Positions 12,001 through 18,000 of a stretch of 64,000 bases of DNA are shown one piece after another. The notes under the pieces are model-generated. The model had not been told where the DNA came from and did not search any database. It saw only the letters and a list, made by a program, of their open reading frames with translations. Source of the stretch: Rebecca billardiae RCC1528. Its lineage: Eukaryota; Protista; Haptophyta. Both the position numbers and the translations under genes were made by a program. Location: the NCBI GenBank assembly GCA_965240325.2, contig OZ251225.1:3038001-3102000 (forward strand), in the 5' to 3' direction. The first letter of the stretch is position 1. Each line of letters opens with the position of its first letter.

Positions 12001-14601
12001 GGGCGGCGCGCTGGGCAGCGGTGGCGGCGATGGCGGCGGCGATGGCGGCGGAGATGGCGGTGGCACGGGCGGCGGCGATGGCGGTGGCGACGGCGGTGGC
12101 GCTGGCGGCGGCGATGGCGGCGGCGACGGCGGCGGCAGCGGCGGTGGACCGGGCGGCGGCGAGGGTGGTGGCGAGGGCGGCGGCGACGGCGGTGGCGACG
12201 GTGGCGGGCTGGGCGGTGGGCTCGGCGGCGGCACCGGTGGCGGCGGCGACGGCGGCGGGCTCGGCGGCGGGCCAGGCGGTGGGCTCGGCGGCGGTAGCGG
12301 CACAATGGGCGGCGCGCTGGGCAGCGGTGGCGGCGATGGCGGCGGCGATGGCGGTGGCGATGGCGGTGGCGCTGGCGGCGGCGATGGCGGCGGCGACGGC
12401 GGCGGCAGCGGCGGTGGACCGGGCGGCGGCGAGGGTGGTGGCGAGGGCGGCGGCGACGGCGGTGGCGACGGTGGCGGGCTCGGCGGTGGGCTCGGCGGCG
12501 GCACCGGTGGCGGCGGCGACGGCGGCGGGCTCGGCGGCGGGCCAGGCGGTGGGCTCGGCGGCGGTAGCGGCACAATGGGCGGCGCGCTGGGCAGCGGTGG
12601 CGGCGATGGCGGCGGCGATGGCGGCGGAGATGGCGGTGGCACGGGCGGCGGCAGGGATGGTGGCGGCGGCAGCGGCGGAGGGCTGGGCGGCGGCAGCGGC
12701 GGTGGCGACGGCGGGGGCACGGGCGGCGGCAGCGATGGCGGTGGCGGCAGCGGCGGCGGGCTGGGCGGCGGCGATGGCGGGGGCAGGGGCGGCGGCAGCG
12801 ATGGCGGCGGCGGCAGCGGCGGTGGGCTCGGCGGCGGCGCTGGCGGCGGCGATGGTGGCGGCAGGGGCGGCGGCAGCGATGGTGGCGGCGGCAGCGGCGG
12901 CGGGCTGGGCGGCGGCAGCGGCGGTGGCGATGGCGGCGGTACTGGCAGAATGGGCGGCGCGCCGGGCAGCGGTGGTGGCGAAGGCGGCGGCGATGGCGGC
13001 GGCGATGGCGGGGGCAGGGGCGGCGGCAGCGATGGCGGCGGCGGCAGCGGCGGTGGGCTCGGCGGCGGCAGCGGCGGTGGCGATGGTGGCGGCAGGGGCG
13101 GCGGCAGCGATGGCGGCGGCGGCAACGGCGGCGGGCTGGGCGGCGGGGACGGCGGTGGCACAGGCGGTGGCAGCGATGGCGGCGGCGGCAGCGGCGGTGG
13201 GCTCGGCGGGGGCGCCGGCGGCGGGGTCGGCGGCGGCTGGGGCACAACGGGCGGCGCGCTGGGCAGCGGTGGCGGCGAAGGCGGCGGCTCCGGGCTCGCT
13301 AAGGAGGCGCCCGAGAGCGTGAGCACGTACGCTGCTCCCCGCTTGTCGCCTCCGTCGTCATCCCCCCACGCGCCGACGAGGATCTCGGGGTAGAGATCGC
13401 CGTCCAGGTCGCCCAGCATCGCCACGCCGGTGCCGAAGACGTCGCCGCCCTCCGTGGGGCCTACAAACCCGCCCGCGCCGCCCGTGATGCGGTCCGAGTG
13501 CTTGACGGTGCCGTCCGTGTTGAGGTAGAGCAGGTACGCCGCGCCGTGCTCCGTGCCGGCGCGCACCTGGTACGTCCCCACCAGCGCGTCCGGCACGCCG
13601 TCGAGGTCGAGGTCGCCGAGGAAGGAGGCCACCGAGTTTCCGAACTCCTCCTTGTCGAAGATGCCCGGCACGCCGCCGCCGTCGGAGGAGGAGATCTTCT
13701 GCTCGCTCTTGACCGTGCCGTCGGCGTTGAGGAAGAGCACGTACACGGCGCCGCGGTCGTCCCCGCCCGTGTTGTCGTACGACGCGCCGACCATCACGTC
13801 GAGCAGCAAGTCGCCGTCCACGTCGCCGAGCGCGCCGACGCCGGCGCCAAAGCCATCGCCGGCGGAGAGCACGCCGTTGGGGAAGCCGTTCAGGCCGCTC
13901 CTGATCTTGGTCGACTCCTTGACGGTGCCGTTGCTGTTGAGCATGAGGAGGTAGACCGCGCCGCCCGCGGGGGAGTCCCGCGCGCCGACGATGACGTCGG
14001 GCACCTCGTCCTCGTCGAAGTAGCCGAGCGATGCCGCTGAGAGGCCAAAGCTGCTGCCAGCGGGTGGCAGCGGAGAGGGTAGCGTCCCCGCCTCGCTCGA
14101 GAGGAGCACGTGCGACTTGACCGTGCCGTCGCGATTCATGAAGAGCACGTACGCCTCGTCCGTGGCCGTCCCAGTGATCACCTCGGTCACGTTGTCGCCG
14201 TCGAGATCGCCCAGGTAGTCCAAGCCGCCCGAGCCAAACTTGTCGCCGTCAGCGAGCGGCGCGCTGAAGCCGCCCGTGTTGTTGGCGATCTTGGTGTGGT
14301 GCTTGATCGTGCCGTTCGCGTGCAGGAAGAGCACGTAGAGGGCGCCCCGTTGGAACCCGCCCGTGTTGTCGTGCCGTGCGCCCACGATCGCGTCGGGGAT
14401 GCCGTCCTCGTCCAGGTCGCCGAGCGCGCCGACTCGCACGCCAAAATGCATCATGTTCTTGAGCGAGAGCTCGGCGCCCCCGCCCTCCGTCGAGGATATC
14501 TTCTGCTCGGAGAGCACCGGCACTGCGCCCGCAGGCATGACCAGCGAACACGCGGCGAGAATCGGCACGAAGAGCCGCGCGTGCGCGCGGTGGTGCACCA
14601 T
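1..14601 (-). CDS. Giant secreted/surface polycystin-1 (REJ)-like protein, >=4867 aa, 3' end outside window: signal peptide, FG-GAP propeller, Ser-Pro stalk, SEA-like unit, 12 Cys/Trp modules, 5 IPT/TIG, REJ
   Basis: ATG at 14601 gives MVHHRAHARLFVPILAACSLVMPAGAVP (signal-like). The same register reads PPGSTTYVGLTLQ at ~7420, LCFRFGAEP at ~3920 and AFAEVKVLMNRPP at base 1. The ORF track lists no terminated minus-strand ORF in this register, consistent with no stop. REJ-type motifs: LDASASSGGGIKALQYTW, IDASASYDPN, LAFRSGVLRAGALYSFALTVT, NRPP. Confidence 0.9.
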   Translation of the reverse strand, partial: MVHHRAHARLFVPILAACSLVMPAGAVPVLSEQKISSTEGGGAELSLKNMMHFGVRVGALGDLDEDGIPDAIVGARHDNTGGFQRGALYVLFLHANGTIKHHTKIANNTGGFSAPLADGDKFGSGGLDYLGDLDGDNVTEVITGTATDEAYVLFMNRDGTVKSHVLLSSEAGTLPSPLPPAGSSFGLSAASLGYFDEDEVPDVIVGARDSPAGGAVYLLMLNSNGTVKESTKIRSGLNGFPNGVLSAGDGFGAGVGALGDVDGDLLLDVMVGASYDNTGGDDRGAVYVLFLNADGTVKSEQKISSSDGGGVPGIFDKEEFGNSVASFLGDLDLDGVPDALVGTYQVRAGTEHGAAYLLYLNTDGTVKHSDRITGGAGGFVGPTEGGDVFGTGVAMLGDLDGDLYPEILVGAWGDDDGGDKRGAAYVLTLSGASLASPEPPPSPPPLPSAPPVVPQPPPTPPPAPPPSPPPLPPPPSLPPPVPPPSPPPSPPPLPPPPSLPPPLPPPSPPPLPPPSPPPLPPPPSLPPPLPPPSPPPSPPPSPPPLPGAPPILPVPPPSPPPLPPPSPPPLPPPPSLPPPLPPPSPPPAPPPSPPPLPPPPSLPPPLPPPSPPPSPPPLPPPPSLPPPVPPPSPPPLPPPSPPPLPPPPSLPPPVPPPSPPPSPPPSPPPLPSAPPIVPLPPPSPPPGPPPSPPPSPPPPVPPPSPPPSPPPSPPPSPPPSPPPSPPPGPPPLPPPSPPPSPPPAPPPSPPPSPPPSPPPLPSAPPIVPLPPPSPPPGPPPSPPPSPPPPVPPPSPPPSPPPSPPPSPPPSPPPSPPPGPPPLPPPSPPPSPPPAPPPSPPPSPPPVPPPSPPPSPPPSPPPLPSAPPIVPLPPPSPPPGPPPSPPPSPPPPVPPPSPPPSPPPSPPPSPPPSPPPLPPPPSLPPPSPPPSPPPAPPPSPPPLPPPPSLPPPSPPPSPPPAPPPSPPPLPPPPSLPPPVPPPSPPPLPPPSPPPSPPPPLPPPSPPPMPPPSPPPSPPPPSPPPSPPPSPPPMPPPSPPPSPPPSPPPMPPPSPPPSPPPSPPPSPEPPPSPPPSSPPSPPPSPPPPSPPPSPPPSPPPMPPPSPPPSPPPSPPPMPPPSPPPSPPPSPPPSPEPPPSPPPSSPPSPPPSPPPPSPPPSPPPSPPPMPPPSPPPSPPPSPPPMPPPSPPPSPPPSPPPSPEPPPSPPPSLPPSPPPSPPPPSPPPSPPPSPPPMPPPLPPPSPPPSPPPMPPPSPPPLPPPSPPPSPEPPPSPPPSLPPRPPPSPPPSSPPSPPPSPPPSPPPPSPPPSPPPSPPPMPPPSPPPSPPPSPPPSPQPPPSPPPQPPPRPPPSPPPSSPPSPPPSPPPSPPPPSPPPSPPPSPPPSPPPRPPPSPPPSPPPSPEPPPSPPPSLPPRPPPSPPPSSPPSPPPMPPPSPPPSPPPNPPPSPPPLPPPPPPPTPPPSPPPSLPPSPPPSPPPRPPPSPPPPPPPTPPPSPPPSLPPSPPPSPPPRPPPSPPPPPPPTPPPSPPPSLPPSPPPSPPPRPPPSPPPPPPPTPPPSPPPSPPPSPPPSPPPRPPPSPPPPPPPTPPPSPPPSLPPSPPPSPPPRPPPSPPPPPPPTPPPSPPPSPPPSPPPAPPPRPPPSPPPPPPPTPPPSPPPSLPPSPPPNPPPSPPPLPPPPPPPSPPPSPPPSLPPSPPPNPPPSPPPLPPPPPPPSPPPSPPPSLPPSPPPNPPPSPPPLPPPPPPPSPPPSPPPSLPPSPPPAPPPRPPPSPPPPPPPTPPPSPPPSPPPSPPPVPPPRPPPSPPPPPPPTPPPSPPPSLPPSPPPNPPPSPPPLPPPPPPPSPPPSPPPSLPPSPPPNPPPSPPPLPPPPPPPSPPPSPPPSLPPSPPPNPPPSPPPLPPPPPPPTPPPSPPPSPPPSPPPAPPPSPPPSPPPPSPPPSPPPSLPPSPPPSPPPTPPPSPPPSPRPPPSPPPSPPPSSPPSPPPSPPPSPPPSPTPPPSPPPSPPPSPPPSPPPAPPPAPPPSPPPASPPSPPPSPPPSPQPPPSPPPRPPPVPPPSPPPPSPPPSPPPSSPPFPPPSPPPPSSPPSPPPSPPPFPPPSPPPPLSPPSPPPRPPPLPPPSPPPSPPPPTPPPSPPPASPPRPPPSPPPPTPPPLPPPMPPPSPPPRPLPPPSPPPSPPPRAPPSPPPSPPPSPPPLPPPSPPPPTPPPSPPPSPPPTPPPSPPPSPPPSPPPSPPPSPSPPALPPSPPPAPPPGPPPSPPPPGSPPRPPPRPPPSPPPSPPPPSAPPSPPPSPPPGAPPPPPPPTPPPSPPPSPPPTPPPVPAPPPSPPPPPSPSPPPPSSPPPLPPSTPPPPSSPPPPPRVEPFPPPRPPAPPPPPPPAPPPSPAPPPPGSTTYVGLTLQGTAEDVTPQVQAELKSGMSRLTGVPAAQWRVEAISPASVEVVLSAYQPASAQQVDVSASLANATVASLSEELGFELAAAPAQLHPGCRDANATNYDSSATFEPSPSGCVYFEPPPAPPPGAPPGAPPSPPPAPPPSPPPSPPPSPPPPSAPPSPPPSPPPLPPSPAPPPPSPPPPARANTTVYRAVQGVAKTLTIPPEWWLPAGSAVRWGRNCSAPSEPSFGGDDGVVLPADGRTSWAFDTAGFAYAFCYRAPAETAWALEPTIVLDVLHLASTSAARVAAPTAPGGSVRLSFGGTGVASGDRAAWARAPPNCSDPSAFAASADVEGSRADFVFADGAELGLVLCYSFAGEPFAPYEARTLDVLGLEPLPGGAALAFTRGVPRALALGGVGVGAGDALKWVTPDAAASAGCAAASTAHGGAASVGAAGSASLTFSAPRPELVLCYRFAGLGAYSLYPQLTAVARGVTGPARTRAVAGVAEAVVHSGVGLSLADRAYWVPAGAASCADAGASATVGATAANSSLGTATLSHAVGAAGLGRRLCYSVDGGPFVLYAAVTLDVLAVLTPAETAAVVGVEAVLSLGGVGLGAADRFWWVEPDDAAACADGGARAEYGGVGRLGADGSAANFTLAARPPLDGQGRARLELCFAFEGEAPARFGGVGARAYALSGPTNTTLIAGVAAPIGFEGVGVAAGDEAWWVGAGAAACAADAAGALVGPATVGADGAASFSAPLGAAGAGLHLCFRFGQQPPRLYGAAAPPALELGVVTVSGPALTVAVVGATETLTLQGAGLGAEGDSAYWVRADAAGCAEGPSAALGGAQPVVPAPTAGHGRVAFTPAGTTAGGRARLCYTHAAAAAPSAAARTVEYGGVQLEVFRVESPAESVLVARVPEVLAFGGYGVAPGDRARWVRAGATACAGEPSSAYGGTRTLDASLRATFAPTLAGLGLRLCFAHTAAAPSEPFVLYPSLTLDALSVQTPTSALGVVGAVPKPIAFGGVGLRAGDRAFWVPRNGTAEVACAAEAPRAWLGGEQPLDANLTATFALLAPEPDARLCYKHADEPYRYYAGRALVAAQVQGPAETLAVADAAESLPLQGVGIREDDTGFWVLDGADCTPDTLAGARARAAYGGLFAVDADGAAAFTVRADACGGGADACARASLCFRFGAEPFVHYANVTLDTFALFGTTGAARTLVGAPVGVGYVGFGVSSADAAFWVAAGSAGCDGGARLAFGGAQPVSAAGSSSFTFLRGQGGLAYELCYRFTAAKPYKHYANFTLDVLEITGPFATIAVQLQPEAVSFEGPGVGPGDAAWWVPAGASACDEGGGGSLSGAPTNVSDAGVATFTFADVASALQLCFAFAGQRARLWSAASLSVTYPEDPFANAQVDGVTPTGAAIGDATSLTIRGSGFGAAAAKRELIKCVFGGGSVVDVSLINRTRIVCPVPVSQAAGQVRVQLLANETETSANGTRTREPIGVLSAFTYFDLSAVTLSALTPPGGPQGVASLALTISGANFADYGGLRVRFEGRGDVAATMPDAGVDAVRCVAPYVSPTRAPGAFNVSLSLNDGGSFTASSLPFDFYTATVTSGSPAGRPLTAGTSVTLSGTGFVELGTAARCRFTRTSAPPAGFARVLSSRATVLSPSLAACATPARTAVGEYAVRLLLNGVSLVPNFFDEIRFRLYAIGSVRVTALVPPGGPVGGGTVVTVFGAGFAEYGDAAGADSERQLCCSFGGSGGCDAVATLLDSTRLLCTTGAAGAPGNTTLDVTLNRGDPGSTTDSSIRFVYYDEPDLGAISPTFGDANGGARTTISGSGFRALADAEVGYGAPTASFLRVRYGPTVGPAPESYTDASIVQVTSYGKQGGAAVSVSLNGQQYTDAALAYRFDGLHEPAIVSALFNDAATTLVLTFDPQPTNRAGMTSVAPCAVVFDDATVALIRGAAESEPECFWRDDVTLVAQLNAQTGLAPGSTVSLRDNVLWPFGLGRACPGAVECAVGLSATIDVDFPCAACVRPVAALNGPTLVSNCPDAEIRLDASASSGGGIKALQYTWRVDPALSDIADELNARLASLPPDRDVLRIPSDLGANFRLAGDGSQYVFLLRVASFLGFESAVERWTVTRSGGANPSLVIDGPYRLTTRPSSEVLLLGNARLADCWPANDSATIDFSWAQLNATVTATGEPAALPALRLLEPDQPSLLLDAYTLLPTYTYELRLRAAMAADPSAASSATVLLVVESQPLQAIVSGGDRRVSTESDVAIDASASYDPNVPLVLDDAGAPVDAELEFDWSLARVNGTGVFESAFGAAVNASARVLFVPRGELEVGNWSVTLTLSKAGWPVQRVSASVNVEVVLGLVPTISFAPLAALKYNPSWELGTQRVALETSVDARSAALAARGEVSFAYEWRASTIVSGVEVPAPFDLASAAVTTTGAAGPTLAFRSGVLRAGALYSFALTVTGGEQPAFAEVKVLMNRPP
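1770..3290 (-). other. Five IPT/TIG domains within the giant protein
   Basis: VDGVTPTG...GSGF, LSALTPPGGP...ISGANF, TSVTLSGTGF, VTALVPPGGPVGGGTVVTVFGAGF, AISPTFGDANGGARTTISGSGF, with VSLSLNDG/VSVSLNG C-terminal strands. Confidence 0.85.
3300..6870 (-). repeat. Twelve tandem ~100-aa modules (G-x-G...GD...W...C...LC[YF]xF) within the giant protein
   Basis: (L/F)C(Y/F) cores near 6652, 6362, 6067, 5772, 5461, 5172, 4852, 4548, 4240, 3920, 3628 and 3340, about 300 bp apart. Confidence 0.8.
7435..13295 (-). repeat. Coding Ser/Leu-Pro(n) extensin-like repeat tract (~1950 aa)
   Basis: (GGC)n-rich plus strand equals CCG/CCA/TCG codons in the giant ORF frame. Higher-order periods of 96 bp (8891, 8987, 9083) and 201 bp (10799, 11000, 11201, 11402). 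Confidence 0.95.
13300..14520 (-). other. FG-GAP / integrin-alpha beta-propeller region of the giant protein (six Ca2+-binding blades)
   Basis: GDLDEDGIPDAIVGA, GDLDGDNVTEVITG, GYFDEDEVPDVIVGA, GDVDGDLLLDVMVGA, GDLDLDGVPDALVG, GDLDGDLYPEILVGA, each preceded by FG and followed by a G/A-x-Y-V/L-L strand. Confidence 0.9.
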
Positions 14602-15049
14602 GGCGGTGTCGATGAGGCCCCACACAAGCTTCGCAACGGAGCGAACGGCGGCGTGGCGAGCGAGAGAACTAGTTCTCGGTTACGACGAGTCGGTCGGTTT
14701 CCGTTTCGATAGCGGCGCCTGCGCACGAAAATAGCACCCGAGCAACGGCATATCGTTTTGCGGGTACAGGTGGGTACTCCGTGCTGCCGAAACGCGGGCT
14801 TGTCGAGGCGGTCGCTCGGCATGCGCTTTTCTGGCGCGGGATTCTGACCATCAGGTTTCCGAACAGCCGAGGAAAGTTGCAGGAAATCTGTGGCTTCGTC
14901 ACCGCGTGCTAAACGCCCGCGGCGGAAGGCGGACCCTTTGTGTGTGGTACGATCGTGCAGCTCAAGAACAAGTAGCGCGGCCGGTTCTGCTCGGCGCGTG
15001 CCAGCGGGTGAATCGCGCGGATCAGCGCAGCCTCCCTCCCCCTCCGTTG

Positions 15050-18000
15050 ATGGAGACGCTCAAGAAGATGGCGAGCTCGCCTCGCTTCTCGCTCGGGAAG
15101 CGGCGCGGCAGCGCCGAGGACGCGACGCTCGACGGCGACGACCTCGCGCGCGGCGTCGCCCACCTCAACGACGCGACCATCCTCAAGACGCTGCACGAGC
15201 GGTACGACTCGGGCGTGATCTACTCGTCGGTGAACCGCATGCTCATCGCCGTCAACCCGTACGCCGACCTCGGCCTCTACACCTCGCAGCGCCTGGCCGA
15301 GTACGCCGAGCTCGCCGCCGAGCGCGCGCCGCCGCCGCACGCGTACGCGATCGCGGCCGCGGCGTACAAGGGGCTGCTGGCAGGGGGCTCGCAGTCGATC
15401 GTGATCACGGGCGAGTCCGGCGCCGGCAAGACCGAGACGGCCAAGCGCATGATGCAGTTCCTCGCGTACATGGCCGGCGCGCACGTGGGCGACGCGACCG
15501 CGAGCCTCAAGCTCGAGCTCGGACCGTCCGACGACCGCAAGTCGGCGGCCGCGCTGCACGTGACGCTGCTGCGCACGAACGCGGTGATGGAGGCGTTCGG
15601 CAACGCGCGCACGACGATGAACGACAACTCCTCGCGCTTCGGCAAGTTCCTCGCCGTGCAGTACGACGCGTCCGCCAAGCTGCTCGGCGCGCAGATCAAC
15701 ACGTACCTACTGGAGAAGACGCGCGTCGTGCGGCGCGGCGAGGGCGAGGCGTCGTTCCACGTGCTGTACATGGTGCTGCTCGGTCTCGGCCCGTCGGAGG
15801 CGGGGCAGCTCGCGCTCACGCCCGACCCGCACGCCTACCGCTACGCGCGCCTCCGCGGCGCCGAGCTCGACGGCTCGGGGCGCGAAGGCCTCTCATGGCC
15901 CGCGCAGCTCGCCGAGGTGCGCTCCGTGCTCACCGGCGCGATCGGGCTGGGGGCGGCGGACGTGTGGGCGATCCTCGGCGTGCTCGCGGCGGTGCTGCAC
16001 TGCGGGAACATCGACTTCGCCACGCCCGCCTCGGGCCACACCTCCACCGGCGCCGCGCTCAACGAGGGCGCGCTCCGGCCGCTGCGCGCGCTCGCGACGC
16101 TGCTCGGCATCGAAGCGGGCAAGCTGTGCGACGCGCTCACGACGCGCTGCATCCGCGCGGGCACGGAGTGGGTGACGAAGCCGAACACGACGCGCGAGGC
16201 GACGGACCTGGCGGACGCGCTGGCGAAGCAGCTGTACGCCCGCGTCTTCGACCGCGTCGGCGCGGCGATCAACGCCGCGATCGGCGTGGGCCGCGCGGCG
16301 GCGGACGGCGGCGCGCCCACGGCGTCGGGCGCGGCCGCGCCGGTCGCGCACTCGTTCATCGGCATCCTCGACATCTTCGGCTTCGAGCTGTTCGCGGAGA
16401 ACTCGCTGGAGCAGCTGCTGATCAACTACACGAACGAGCAGCTCCAGTCGCTCTTCAACGGCGTCGTCTTCGCCGCCGCGCTCGCCGAGGCGAAGCTCGA
16501 GGGCGTGTCGATGGCGGCGTTCGACGAGGGCTCGGTCGACAACCGCGACGTGCTCTCTCTCTTCAACGCAGAACGGGTCGGGCTGGTGCCCACGCTGAAC
16601 GAGGAGTGCATCTTCCCGAAGGGGTCGGACGAGTCGTTCGTGGCCAAGTTCAAGCGCGCCAACGCCAAGAACGCGCGGCTCGTCGACGACTCCTCCAACG
16701 CCAAGGCCGACCCGAAGGGCACGTTCACGGTCCGCCACTTTGCAGGGCTCGTCACCTACTCGGCGGAAGGGTTCCTGCTCAAGAACAAGGACCCGTTCTC
16801 GGAGGACCTGGCGGCGCTGCTGCGCGGCTCGTCCGAGCCGCTCGTCGGCGCGCTCTTCGCGCCGCCCACCGCCGAGCGCACCTCGTCCAAGCGCTCCGGC
16901 GCCTTCCAGCGCCTCGTCTTCCGCGGCGTCGCGCCGCAGTTTGAGGCCCAGCTGCAGCGGCTGCTGCGCGTGCTGCGCGCGTCCCAGGTGCACTTTGTGC
17001 GCTGCGTCAAGCCGAACGGCGAGAAGGCGGCGCGCAGGTTCGAGGACGAGCGCGTGCTCGCGCAGCTGCGCTGCGGCGGCGTGATGGAGGCCGTCCGCGT
17101 CTTCGCCGCCGGCTACCCCGACCGCATCCCCTTCGACACCTTTGCGGCGCGCTACGGCCTCTTGGCCGGGCCGGCGTGGGCGGCCGAGTGGGGCGCGCCG
17201 CCCGCGCCGCCCAGCCCGGCGTCGAGCGGCTCGGCGGGCGGCGGCGGCGGGAGCGGCGGCGGCGCGGCGGCGTCGGCGGAGCGCGTGCGCGCCCTCCTCG
17301 CCGCGATCGCCATCCCGCCCGAGCGCTACGCCCTCGGCCACTCGAAGCTCTTCCTCAAGTCGGGCGTGGCGCCCGAGCTCGAGCTGCGGCGCGAGCGCAA
17401 GGTTGCGGCGCGCGCCGTGCAGTGCCAGGCGGCCGTGCGCGGGATGCTCGCGCGCGCGCACGCGCGGAGGCTGGCCGCGGCGGCGCGCGAGAGCACCGAG
17501 CGCCGGCGCAAGGCGGACGAGTCCGCGCGCGCCCTCGACGAGCTCGAGCGCGCCACCGAGGCCGAGCGCGTGCGCGAGCGCGAGCAAGAGGCGGCGCGCG
17601 CTCGCGAGGAGAGTGCTCGCGCGGACGAGGCGGCGGCCGCGGCCGCGGCCGAGGCGGCGCGCTCGCGCGAGGCGGAGCGCGCGCGCGACGCGGAGCTGCT
17701 CGCCGCGCGGCAGCGCGCCGCCGAGCTCGAGGCGGCGCTCAGCACCGCGCGCACCGAGGCCGACGGCCTGCGCACGCAGGTGGCCGCCGCCGCGACCAAT
17801 CCCGCCGCGGCCGCGCCGCCGCCGCCGCCGCCGCGGCCGACGACGCCCCCGGGCGCGTCCGCCGCCGCCATCGAGGAGGCGAAGGCGACGGCGAAGCGCG
17901 CGCTGGAGGAGGTGTCCGAGCTGCGCGCCGCGCTCGAGCGCGCGCGCGACGAGATCGTGCGCGAGCGCGCCGCCAACGAGAAGCGACGCTCCGAGGCGGA

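Noticed and set aside
7383-13393. 1988-aa Gly-rich, 1386-aa Ala-rich and 1954-aa Arg/His-rich ORFs
   Set aside because: Alternative-frame and antisense shadows of the Pro-rich tract; only the minus frame from 14601 joins recognisable domains on both sides.
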